Shown here: positions 35,323-44,456 of the stretch, in pieces
Layout: the number at the start of each line of letters is the position of its first letter
Numbering within the stretch: the stretch's first letter is position 1
Source of the DNA: Bradymonadia bacterium
GTDB lineage: Bacteria; Myxococcota_A; Bradymonadia; UBA7976; UBA1532
Assembly: GCA_046290225.1 (NCBI GenBank)
Contig: JBKAGE010000034.1
Span: 256,001-320,000 of the forward strand
Direction: 5' to 3'
Length of the DNA stretch: 64,000 nucleotides
Translations under genes and position numbers: made by a program
Notes under the pieces: model-generated
The model's input: only the letters and a program-made list of their open reading frames with translations
Database searches by the model: none
What the model was told of the DNA's origin: nothing

Positions 35323-36228
35323 TCAGAAGAAGTCTTCTGCGTCTTCGATCATGCCCTTGGCTTGCCGCTGGGCGTTCTGGTTCTCGGGGACGAGATCGGC
35401 GCTGAGCGCGTTGGCGTCGGCGTCGACCACCTCTTTGAGGAGCTTCTTGAAGACCTCGATGCCGCCGCCCTCGTCCTCGTCGACGCGGGTGGCCCACTCG
35501 CGGGCCATGTACACCTTGGTCTCGAGGTACTCGGGTGCGAGCTCGATGGACTTCTCGAAGTGCATCTTCGACTTGTTGAGATCACTCGAGAAAGGCACCT
35601 TGGCCCAGTAGGCACCGAAGTACCGGTGGGGGCCGCCGTAGAAGAACTTCTCGTCGAGCTTCTTGCAGTGGGTCATGAGAGCGCTGACGCGGTCCTTGTA
35701 CTTGAGGGCGGTGGCGATGCCCTCCATGACCATCCACTTGCCGAGGTTGCTGGAGTACCAGTACATCGCCTCGAGGCCCTTGGGCGACGTCACCGAGGGG
35801 ATGGCGTCGTTCCAGCTCTCGCCGGCCTTGATCTTGGCAGCGAACTCGGGGCTCGTGAGCTTGATGGCGGTCTCGGCGGCGATGACCCCCTTGTCGAAGG
35901 AAGCCTTCTGAGCATCCTTGCTGTCGTCTTCCCAGCGCAGGTGAAGGTTGGACATGCTGTAGTAGGCCCGGGCGAGCATGACCTGCACGTCGGCTCGGGT
36001 GGGATCCATGTCGGCGGCCTTCTTGAAGGCGTCGATGGACTTCTGGAGCTCAGCCTTGTCGCCGCGCTTTGCCCAGTGGCCCATGGCTTCGTCCACGAGG
36101 GGCTGGGCGTCGCCCTTCTTCACCGCGTTGATGTCCTGGGTGAGCAGTTCCTGACGGCCACCACAGCCGGTGAGGGTGGGCAGAGACAGGGCACCACACA
36201 ACAGGCCCAAACACAGTCGACGGATCAT
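35323..36228 (-). CDS. TPR-like lipoprotein, TatT component of a TPAT transporter
   Basis: RBS GGAGG before ATG 36228. Lipobox LTG-C, YWYSSNLGKW, FFYGGPHRYFG, HFEKSIELAPEYL, PEN. Directly upstream of dctP. Confidence 0.8.
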   Translation of the reverse strand: MIRRLCLGLLCGALSLPTLTGCGGRQELLTQDINAVKKGDAQPLVDEAMGHWAKRGDKAELQKSIDAFKKAADMDPTRADVQVMLARAYYSMSNLHLRWEDDSKDAQKASFDKGVIAAETAIKLTSPEFAAKIKAGESWNDAIPSVTSPKGLEAMYWYSSNLGKWMVMEGIATALKYKDRVSALMTHCKKLDEKFFYGGPHRYFGAYWAKVPFSSDLNKSKMHFEKSIELAPEYLETKVYMAREWATRVDEDEGGGIEVFKKLLKEVVDADANALSADLVPENQNAQRQAKGMIEDAEDFF

Positions 36229-36443
36229 CGGTCCTCCTTGATCATGCCTCGAGGGCACCACACGCCCCCCAAACGGAGAGTAGATGTGGTGAGTGCGATG
36301 TGCGTCGCGGGCACATCTCGTCACGGGCATATGTAAGTCACTGTTCCCCCTGGCGTATCACCGGGCTCATGCCCCGTCAACCGGGCCGTTCTCAAACCCT
36401 CTACACGCCGGGCTGCAGCACGGGGTGTGCTGCGACGCAACAA

Positions 36444-39400
36444 TCACTCTTCTTCGGCTTCCGCGTCGGACAGTTTGCCGTAGAGAGCTCTCACATCAGC
36501 AGGAACTTTGAGACCAGCGTCTACCCAACGCGTCATCAGCTGTGCGAGATGCTGCACAGCAACACCCCCCTGGCTCAAAACCCCCCCGAGCAGCTCGGCG
36601 CGCTCCATTTCGAGGGCAACAGTGGGCTCATCCAGGCCTTCCCCTCTGGCGGCGAGATCCACATCGAGGATGGTGGCGAGGGCTGGCCACGCTTCTGCCT
36701 GACGCGCCGCAACGCGTCGGGTGATCCGGGCGTGCTCGTCTGCCTCGTCGAGGGCCAGCCACTCCTCGGCAGCTGTCAGGGCCTCTTGGGGCTGCTCGAG
36801 TTCGTGCAAGTGCACGTGGGCCTTTCGAGCCCACAAGCTCGGCTCCTTCCGGGCTGTGGGGCTGCGGGAAAGTGCCTCGTCGAGCATCTCGATGAGACGG
36901 GTCCACTCACCTTGCGCCGAGTAGTGCAGGACCAGACGCCTCAAAGCAGGTCGGCAACCGGGATAAGCGGAGAGGGCTCGCTCTGCTTCAGTCACCACAC
37001 CTGCGCGGTCATCACGGGCCTCGAAGACCTTTTCGAGCAACGAGAAGGCCTCTTCGGACTCCACAGGGCTCAGGCCCGTACCGGCGATGTCAGGGGCCTC
37101 CAGAGCTCGACGTGCGTGGGCGGCAGCCCCAGCGGGATCACCTCGCTCGTCGGCGAGCACGCTCAGCCCCAGCTCGGCGAGGGGGAAACGACCATACCCT
37201 GCTGCAGTGGTGAGATCGGCGATGACGCGCTCGTCCATGGCCAGGTATCTGCGACGAATGCCACCGCGGAGCGCCCGCCAGGTGGCTGCGCGAGTGGGAC
37301 CCGCGCGCTCGATGATGAGATCGAGGCGATTGATCAACGCTTCGAGGTTGGCCTCGCCACCCTGTTGAGCCAGGGCCCGGGCAGCCTCTGCTCGAGCCTC
37401 GAAGGGCAGCCCCTCATCTTCGAGGATCTGCACCCAGGTGTTCTGGGACGCCTCTGGCACTGGGGGTGCCCCTGCATCGGGGTGCTCTAAATCGATCGTG
37501 GGGCGCTGCACCACAGGGGGCGCCTCGGCGAGCTCTGGAAGCGCCGATTCCACCAACGGTGCCTCATCGTCAGGCTCGGCCCCAATCCCCCCGGGCTCAA
37601 CGGCGCCAGGCCTCGCCAGCGGAGGCGGCGTCCCTCGCTTGGGTCGCTGCACCCAGACGCCTGAGATCCGCTCCGTGGGCACAGCAGGACTGGCACCCGG
37701 TGTCTCCAGCTCGTCAGCGAGCTCTGCGAACATGTCTTCCAGCCCGCTGTCCCCTTGTGCGGTGGCCGATTCGGCCTCCTCGATGGCCGGCGGTGTGAGC
37801 GGCAGCTCACCGGCGAGGCTCCGGGGATCGAGGGCTGTATCTTCGCCTTCGAGGGCCTCTTCGATGTCGTCGAGCAAGCCAGCGAAGTCCATCTCGTCGG
37901 CGAAGGCATCTCCAGCCTCAGGCACTTCAGCAGGCTCGGGCGCATCCCCCAAGCGCTCCACCAAAGCCTTCATGGCCTCGGCGTCGTCGGTGCCGTCCAG
38001 ATCTTCGATGGCCGTCAGCGCCCACTGCCTCGCCTGCTCAGGCCAGCTGAGGGGGCCGTCGAAGAGCTCGGCCAATCGGGCAGCAGTGGTACCGCGCATC
38101 GGACCCGGCAGGCTCATGGCATGCTCGCGACGCAGCACGTCGGCGAGGGCGTGGGGATCATCGATGCGCTCGAGCAGGCCCCCGAGGGCCTCAAGAGACT
38201 CCACGTTCTCCGCCCAGGCATCGAGGCTGGCCTCGTAGAGGCGCCGGGCATCTTCGAGGGCCTCTTCAGCGAGGGCGAGATCTGCCGCCTCCTTGAAGAG
38301 GTTCGATCGGGCGATGCCCTCTGCCCCTTGAGTGCCATGGCTCCGCGCTCGGGCCTCGAGAGCAGGTTTCAGCGCGAGAGGATCGCTCAACGTACGGGCG
38401 AGTTCCACCCAGGCCGCCATGAGCGCGGGCTCCGGAGCAAGATCGGCAGCCTGAGCGAAATGTGCCAGAGCCCCACGGGCATCAGTGGGCTGCTTCAACT
38501 CTGCCAGCTGCCAGTGTCGTCGCCCTCTCTCCACAGCAGGTTGCCCCGGAAGGCTGATCTCGAGCCGGTCGATGGCCTCTGTCGTGCGACCCTGGGCCAG
38601 CAGCAACTCCACATGCAGCGTGAGCGGCCGAGCGGCGCCGCGATCTTCGATGGCCTCCAAAGCCGTCAGCGCAGCCTGAGTCTCACCGGCAGATCTCAAG
38701 GCCGAGGCCTGATGCACCCTCAAGTCGTCTGCCTGACCCAGACCCTGAGCAATGGCCTGGTCGTACAGCGCGCTGAGGGCTCTCCAGTCGCCCCGGATGC
38801 TGTGCAGCTCCTCAGATGCCTCGAAGGCCTCCTGCCAGACAGCGCCACCTTCTCCGAGCTCAAGCACCTTGCCGAAGGCCTGCAGCGCCCCATCGATGTC
38901 ATTGAGGCCGTCGCGGCGGAAATCCGCCAGGGCCAGCCAGCAGCTCGACGCGTCTTCGGTGCCTGCGGCTTGCTCTGCAGCGAGCAAGAGCGCCCCCGCT
39001 TCCTCGGCGAAGGCCGCCTCCTGCTCAGGATCGACCTCCATCTCGCCGGCGAGCAATCGATCGAGCACCGCCAGCTCATCGTCCACCTCAGCGGGCTCGG
39101 CCTCCTCCGCGCTCAAGGTGCCCTGCTCGAGGTCTTCGAGCAGGCCTGCCACGTCTTCGCGATCTGGATCGAACTCGAGGGCCGCCTTGAGGCTGGCCTC
39201 GGCCACAGCTTTGTGGGCGGGATCGAGGGCCAGAGCCTGCCCCGCTGAGATCAGCACCTCCAGATGGCGCTCCACAGGTGGGAAGCCCTGCTTGAGCCAG
39301 TCGAACGTGGCCCCTGCGAGGGTGTTGGTCTCACCCACGGCCACCGCCGAGGCAACGAGGTGCACCACCACGTCAGGGGGGCCGTCGCCAGCGTGATGCA

Positions 39401-42400
39401 GTGACGCCAGCCGCGCCCGCGCCCGCTCCGGCGCCCCGGTGTGCATCTCGGCCACTGCGAGCCTGAACGCATCCTCAGGACGAATCTCGTCATCTTCGAT
39501 CTGAGCCAGCAAAGTCAGGCGCTTGCGCACCTCGGGCCAGTCCTCTGCCCGGTAGGCGTGCTCGCCCAGGGCGGCGAGGGCAGGCACGTGACGGCGATCG
39601 ATCTCCAGGGCCTTGAGGGCGAACCTGCGGCCTTCCTCTGGGCGCTTGAGCGCCCCGAAGGCCAGCCGGGCGAGCTGCATCAACACCCCAGGGCGCTCTC
39701 GGGCCTCCGCCCGGGCGAGCTCGGCGCGGAGCAGCGTGTCCACTGTGGCGTAGTCGTCGAGGGCTGTGGCCACCTCCAGGCGCAGTCGATGGGCCTCGAG
39801 ATCGTTGGGATCGATGTCGAGCACCTCGTCGAGCAGCGGCGCGGCCTCTTCGGGGCGCCGCATCTGTCGCCACAGCAACCTCGCGGAGCGGCTCGCGAGG
39901 AACCCTCTGATCTCATCTCGACGGGCACGCTTGAGCCCGGCGTTGAAGAAGCCCACCACCCCCTCGAGATCGCCGAGCATGAGGAACAGATCGAGGGCCC
40001 GCTCGTAGATCGCCATCAAATCGGGATCGTGTCGAGCCGCCTCCGTGAGCATCTCGAGGGCCTCTGGGGCCCGGTTGAGCGCAGCGAAGACCTCGGAGAG
40101 CCGCACCTTGAAGGGCCCCGCGGGCTCGTCATAGCCCTGCTCCTCGTACAGCTCGTAGAGCCGCAGATACTTCTCCAGGGCCACATCTTCCCGACCAGAC
40201 TCGAAGGCCAGATCGGCCACGCCTCTGAGGGCCTCGGGCTCGTCGCCCTGAACCGCCAGTACACCTTCATATGCGCGGAACGCCTCGTTGGGGCGCATGA
40301 GAGGGCCGGCGAGCAGCCGCGCGTGGGCCAGCCGATGGCGGACCGCCTGCTCGGTGGAGGGCGCAGCATCCCCGAGCCGCTCAAGCAAAGGCGCCAGCTC
40401 TGCGAAACGCTCACGCTCGGTGTAGATGTCCACCAGCCCTTCCAGAGCCAGAAGAGATCCCTCGTCACAGCCCAGGGCCAGAGAGAAGGCCTCAGCGGCC
40501 TCGTCGACCTGGTTGAGGTGATCTTTCAGCAGCGCCCCACGCTCCCCGTACAGCTCAGCGAGCTTCTCGGGTGCAGTCACCAGCTCGGTGAGACGTCTGA
40601 GGACCTCGGCGAGGGGGCCGTACTCGGCCCGCACCCGGTAGAGCTTCGCCAGGGCCCAGAGCGCATCGGGCAGCTCTGGAGAGAGCGCATCGGCCTTTTC
40701 GAGCAGGCGCCGCGCCCGACCCATGTCACCCATTCGGCCGCCGATGATGTCGGCGAGCTCGATGAGCGTCCGCGCCTGGTCCTCTGGCTCAGGGCGCTTC
40801 TCCGCCGCCACCTCGAGCAGCCGGGCCAGATCTCCCCATCGCTCCGCCTCGGTGTAGATGTCCTTGAGTGCCAGCACTGCGGCCCAGGCAATGCCAGAGG
40901 GGCCATCGAGAGCCTTCTGCAGGTGTGGGATGGCGGCCTGGACAGCGCCGAGGGGCCCGGCGAGCAGACGACCGAGAGCCAGGTGAGCCTGTGGGCGATC
41001 GAGTGCGCTGTCATTGGCCCCTCTCAGGGCCTGCTCGTAGTGGCGCCGGGCCTGCTGAGGCTCACCGGCGATCTCGCAGATGCGGGCGAGGCCCACCAGC
41101 GCACCAGCATGGCCCGGTGAGAGCATGAGGGCCTGGCGATAGCGCAGCTTTGCCGTCGCCCCTTCGTCTCCGTCCACCTCGCTCCAGAGACGACCCAGCT
41201 CCACCAGCAGCGCAGCAGCGGCCTCCACCTCTCCCGCCTGCTGTCGGATCTGTGCTGCCCGATCGAGGGCCTGAGCGGCAGCGAGCACCCGGCCGCCGCG
41301 CTCGTGGGCGCGGGCGAGGCCCACGAGGGCATCGAGATCTTCAGGGGCATCGTCGAGTACCCTGCTGAAGTAGACCGCCGCCGACTCCGTGTCTCCAGCC
41401 CCTTCGAGAGCAAGGCGGCCCAGATCTCGGAGCAGGCCACGACGTCTGTCGGGGTCAGTCTCCACGGCGAGCAGCTGCTCTCGGGTCTCAAGGGCCGAGG
41501 TCCAGTCCCCCACCCGCTGCTGAAGCTCTGCCAGCACCCTCAGCGCACCGGGCAGACGACGTCGCAGCTCGAGGGCCTGCTTGAGCGCCCGGATGGCCCC
41601 TTGTGGATCTGCCTGTTGGAGCAGACACCCTGCGCCCCAGAGGGCTTGAGCGGCTTCGATGACGTCCCCCCGCTCACGGGCTACGGCAGCGAGGCGCTTG
41701 AGAGACTCGGCGGCCTCCTCCACCTCACCTCGGGCGCCGAGGGTGCCTGCGAGGGCTGCCAGCGCATCGAGATCGTCAGCGTATCGGCTCAGATGACCAC
41801 GGACGAGGCGCTGAGCGCGGTGGTGACTCTCTGCCCGTCCGGTGGTGAGCTGCATGAGGCGGCGCACCAGAAACGGGTGCTCGGGGTGGATCTCCAGCTG
41901 ACGCTCATAGGCCTCGATGGCAGCCTCGGTGGCGCCGCTGCCCGCGAGCTGCTCGACCGATGCGTAGAGCGTCTTCGCCTCGTAGTCCGCCATGAAGCGT
42001 CGGTATCGTACGGCGGAGGCGTGGGCCGTAGCATCTACCGCTCGGGCGCCCTTGATGCGGCCCTCGGGACGCCCGGCGGCGAGCCTCAGACGACCACCAG
42101 AGGCGTCGACACTGGTGAGGCGCACCGCACGACGCTCTGGCACCTTCCAGCCCAGCTGAGCGCAGATCTCGATGAGCAGCACGTCGAGGGGATCGATGAC
42201 GGCACAGGTAGGCCCGGAGAGTCGTTCACTCAGGCCCCCGGCGCCGAGCAGCGCCGCTCCGAGAGAGAGCGGATTCAGACTCGCCGGCCCGAAGATTCGG
42301 CACTCATAGACGCTGACGACGAGGCTGCGTTCACCAGAGAGATACACAGGCTCGAGATGAAGCCGGGCGAGGAACGGCACTGTAGGTGGACCCGTAAGGG

Positions 42401-42728
42401 CCCCAGCCACGACGAGATCCCCTTCATGGGCTCGCGCCTCGACATCCTCGAAGACCCGGCCGTCGAGTTGTTGGCTCACCCACGCGCTCAGGGCCCCTTC
42501 ATGGGCATAGACAGCCACTTGCTCTAGACGGGTGCGGTGGTGACGGAACCGCTCCACCCCGGACGACATGTCGAGACGCGCCGGGAGAGCCTGGAGTGCC
42601 AGCTCCAGCTGCTCCACCACCAGCAGCTCACCCACTGGACGCTCGGAGAGCACAAGGCGGCCGAGACCCTGCTCGAGCTTCAGGGCGAAGCCCGAGCGTC
42701 TGGGCAGATGCGCCACACTCATGGCCAC
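36444..42728 (-). CDS. Giant TPR-repeat protein (2094 aa)
   Basis: Many TPR-like units (e.g. YFSRVLDDAPEDLDALVGLA, YRQALMLSPGHAGALVGLA), a non-TPR N-terminal ~220 aa and an acidic/Pro-rich linker. No signal peptide. Confidence 0.85.
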   Translation of the reverse strand: MAMSVAHLPRRSGFALKLEQGLGRLVLSERPVGELLVVEQLELALQALPARLDMSSGVERFRHHRTRLEQVAVYAHEGALSAWVSQQLDGRVFEDVEARAHEGDLVVAGALTGPPTVPFLARLHLEPVYLSGERSLVVSVYECRIFGPASLNPLSLGAALLGAGGLSERLSGPTCAVIDPLDVLLIEICAQLGWKVPERRAVRLTSVDASGGRLRLAAGRPEGRIKGARAVDATAHASAVRYRRFMADYEAKTLYASVEQLAGSGATEAAIEAYERQLEIHPEHPFLVRRLMQLTTGRAESHHRAQRLVRGHLSRYADDLDALAALAGTLGARGEVEEAAESLKRLAAVARERGDVIEAAQALWGAGCLLQQADPQGAIRALKQALELRRRLPGALRVLAELQQRVGDWTSALETREQLLAVETDPDRRRGLLRDLGRLALEGAGDTESAAVYFSRVLDDAPEDLDALVGLARAHERGGRVLAAAQALDRAAQIRQQAGEVEAAAALLVELGRLWSEVDGDEGATAKLRYRQALMLSPGHAGALVGLARICEIAGEPQQARRHYEQALRGANDSALDRPQAHLALGRLLAGPLGAVQAAIPHLQKALDGPSGIAWAAVLALKDIYTEAERWGDLARLLEVAAEKRPEPEDQARTLIELADIIGGRMGDMGRARRLLEKADALSPELPDALWALAKLYRVRAEYGPLAEVLRRLTELVTAPEKLAELYGERGALLKDHLNQVDEAAEAFSLALGCDEGSLLALEGLVDIYTERERFAELAPLLERLGDAAPSTEQAVRHRLAHARLLAGPLMRPNEAFRAYEGVLAVQGDEPEALRGVADLAFESGREDVALEKYLRLYELYEEQGYDEPAGPFKVRLSEVFAALNRAPEALEMLTEAARHDPDLMAIYERALDLFLMLGDLEGVVGFFNAGLKRARRDEIRGFLASRSARLLWRQMRRPEEAAPLLDEVLDIDPNDLEAHRLRLEVATALDDYATVDTLLRAELARAEARERPGVLMQLARLAFGALKRPEEGRRFALKALEIDRRHVPALAALGEHAYRAEDWPEVRKRLTLLAQIEDDEIRPEDAFRLAVAEMHTGAPERARARLASLHHAGDGPPDVVVHLVASAVAVGETNTLAGATFDWLKQGFPPVERHLEVLISAGQALALDPAHKAVAEASLKAALEFDPDREDVAGLLEDLEQGTLSAEEAEPAEVDDELAVLDRLLAGEMEVDPEQEAAFAEEAGALLLAAEQAAGTEDASSCWLALADFRRDGLNDIDGALQAFGKVLELGEGGAVWQEAFEASEELHSIRGDWRALSALYDQAIAQGLGQADDLRVHQASALRSAGETQAALTALEAIEDRGAARPLTLHVELLLAQGRTTEAIDRLEISLPGQPAVERGRRHWQLAELKQPTDARGALAHFAQAADLAPEPALMAAWVELARTLSDPLALKPALEARARSHGTQGAEGIARSNLFKEAADLALAEEALEDARRLYEASLDAWAENVESLEALGGLLERIDDPHALADVLRREHAMSLPGPMRGTTAARLAELFDGPLSWPEQARQWALTAIEDLDGTDDAEAMKALVERLGDAPEPAEVPEAGDAFADEMDFAGLLDDIEEALEGEDTALDPRSLAGELPLTPPAIEEAESATAQGDSGLEDMFAELADELETPGASPAVPTERISGVWVQRPKRGTPPPLARPGAVEPGGIGAEPDDEAPLVESALPELAEAPPVVQRPTIDLEHPDAGAPPVPEASQNTWVQILEDEGLPFEARAEAARALAQQGGEANLEALINRLDLIIERAGPTRAATWRALRGGIRRRYLAMDERVIADLTTAAGYGRFPLAELGLSVLADERGDPAGAAAHARRALEAPDIAGTGLSPVESEEAFSLLEKVFEARDDRAGVVTEAERALSAYPGCRPALRRLVLHYSAQGEWTRLIEMLDEALSRSPTARKEPSLWARKAHVHLHELEQPQEALTAAEEWLALDEADEHARITRRVAARQAEAWPALATILDVDLAARGEGLDEPTVALEMERAELLGGVLSQGGVAVQHLAQLMTRWVDAGLKVPADVRALYGKLSDAEAEEE

Positions 42729-42785
42729 CTGCCCATCCCCGCCAGCGGCGGGATCGTCATCTCTCGGGCTCGAGCCCGCCGGGGA

Positions 42786-43007
42786 TCAGCCCCCAGCGCA
42801 GGGGTTCGGGGCATCCTCGTCCGCCGGTGGTGCGTCTTCATCGGCGCCGGGCGCCGCAGCACAAGGGTTCGGGGCGTCTTCGTCGGCAGGCTGAGAGGCC
42901 GGAGCCTCGCCCTTGCCCGCAGTGGCCTCACCAGTGCCGGCCTTCTGGCCTCCACCACAGCCGAGGGGCAGCCAGAGCGAACAGGCGATGATCAAGACGA
43001 TGCGCAT
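42786..43007 (-). CDS. Small lipoprotein with ADEDAP(NPCA) repeats
   Basis: Hydrophobic leader ending PLG-C, RBS GGAG, and three internal repeats. Confidence 0.7.
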   Translation of the reverse strand: MRIVLIIACSLWLPLGCGGGQKAGTGEATAGKGEAPASQPADEDAPNPCAAAPGADEDAPPADEDAPNPCAGG

Positions 43008-43076
43008 GCAGTCTCCCAGACAGGATTACAGTCAGGATGGTTCAGGGACGCAGCCCTTGCGGAGCCGAATGTAGTC

Positions 43077-43787
43077 TCACTTGATCTCCACCTCAAGGGC
43101 GGTGGTCCGCCCAGGCTCGACCTGGACCGAGTATTCCCCCACAGCACCCCCTTCGAGGGCCTCAAGTCTCAGGTTGTGCGTGCCCACGGGCACCCTGATC
43201 GGATCGAGGGGCGTGGTCCCCAAAACCGCGTGGTCGTCGATGATGACCTTTGCCGGAGGGATCGACTTGATCCGCAGCCGACCTGACTCTCGGGGCAAGA
43301 TCAGCTCGTCGCGATATGCGAGGGTGCCCGCTCGAGACTCCACCATGTCGCGGATGAGCATGATGAGTCGACGGGGGCCAGGGTGAGGGCTGCTCAAAGG
43401 ATCCGAGAACTGAAGGGTGACAGTCTCGCCATCATGTTGCCCTTCGATGCGGTAGGTCACTGCAGGTGTGGCAGCCCCTGTGGAGGCTTTCACCGTGACC
43501 GCGAGACGCATGATCTCGCCGAGGGCTTGCTGAAAATCATCTTCGGCGAGCAGCGCCAGCCCCTGTTGCTGGCCAAAAGGCTCGGGGAACGCCTTGCGGA
43601 CCACCGCCATCCGCGTGCCATGTCGGCTCACCACCTCGTAGGTCACCGAAGAGTAGGGCACCGCAGGGCCAGTGATGGTCATCCGCACCCCATCCGCCGG
43701 TGGGCGACTCGCTGCGACACGGGGTGCGATCATCCCCAGGGCGAGTGCTGCGGCGACGGCTAAATGTACCCCGACGGGGTGGCCCAT
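43077..43787 (-). CDS. Secreted PEGA-domain protein
   Basis: Signal peptide, C-terminal GRLRIKSIPPAKVIIDD…GTTPL…VGTHNL. RBS AGGAGG. Confidence 0.8.
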   Translation of the reverse strand: MGHPVGVHLAVAAALALGMIAPRVAASRPPADGVRMTITGPAVPYSSVTYEVVSRHGTRMAVVRKAFPEPFGQQQGLALLAEDDFQQALGEIMRLAVTVKASTGAATPAVTYRIEGQHDGETVTLQFSDPLSSPHPGPRRLIMLIRDMVESRAGTLAYRDELILPRESGRLRIKSIPPAKVIIDDHAVLGTTPLDPIRVPVGTHNLRLEALEGGAVGEYSVQVEPGRTTALEVEIK

Positions 43788-43847
43788 GATTGCCTCCTGG
43801 AGCAGTGGATGTTTTCACGATGCCGCGCCTCTGGCTACATTGAGACC

Positions 43848-44456
43848 ATGAAACCGAGCCATCTGTTCTTCACCTGCGCAATTTCCCTGATCTCGACGGC
43901 TGCCCCTTCAGAGGCTCAGCCACCTGTCCTCACCGAGAGCACGGGACCCCAGCTGAGCCGCGCCCATACGGTGCTCAAGTCGGCCTTGAGCACGCTGGAC
44001 CGTACGCCTGGGCACCGCAAGGCGTTGTCGTCAGCAGTGAAGGCCATCGCGCAGCTTCAAGAGGGCCTCGACGCGTACTTTCACGATCCCGAGTTGACCA
44101 CGGCGGCTCGACGACCCCCCGCGCTGAAAGCCCGTGGAGCAGTTCTGGCGCTCCTCTCACCCCAAGGGGGGCTCTTCACGGTCCAGCTCGATCAAGTCAC
44201 CTTGCAGTCTGCCCCCCTCGACACTTTGCTGAGAGGGGCCCTGCGCCAGAAACGTTCCAAACTTGCCGCGAGGTTCCTGGAGCAGAAGCTCGTCGTAGAC
44301 GGCCCTTCGGAGGACACCCTCACCCAGCTCGCAGGCCTCTATCGCACGCTCGGCCAGCGTCGCTCTGCAGAGGCCGCTCGCCTGGCCCTCGCTGATTTGA
44401 GATCACAGCTCGAGGATGGACAGCCGGCGGTGGACGATCCGAAACCGACGCCCTGA
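43848..44456 (+). CDS. Hypothetical secreted helical protein
   Basis: MKPSHLFFTCAISLISTAAPSEA-Q signal-like leader and a TPR-like C-terminus. Fills the gap between genes and overlaps the convergent gene by 54 nt. Confidence 0.6.
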   Translation: MKPSHLFFTCAISLISTAAPSEAQPPVLTESTGPQLSRAHTVLKSALSTLDRTPGHRKALSSAVKAIAQLQEGLDAYFHDPELTTAARRPPALKARGAVLALLSPQGGLFTVQLDQVTLQSAPLDTLLRGALRQKRSKLAARFLEQKLVVDGPSEDTLTQLAGLYRTLGQRRSAEAARLALADLRSQLEDGQPAVDDPKPTP

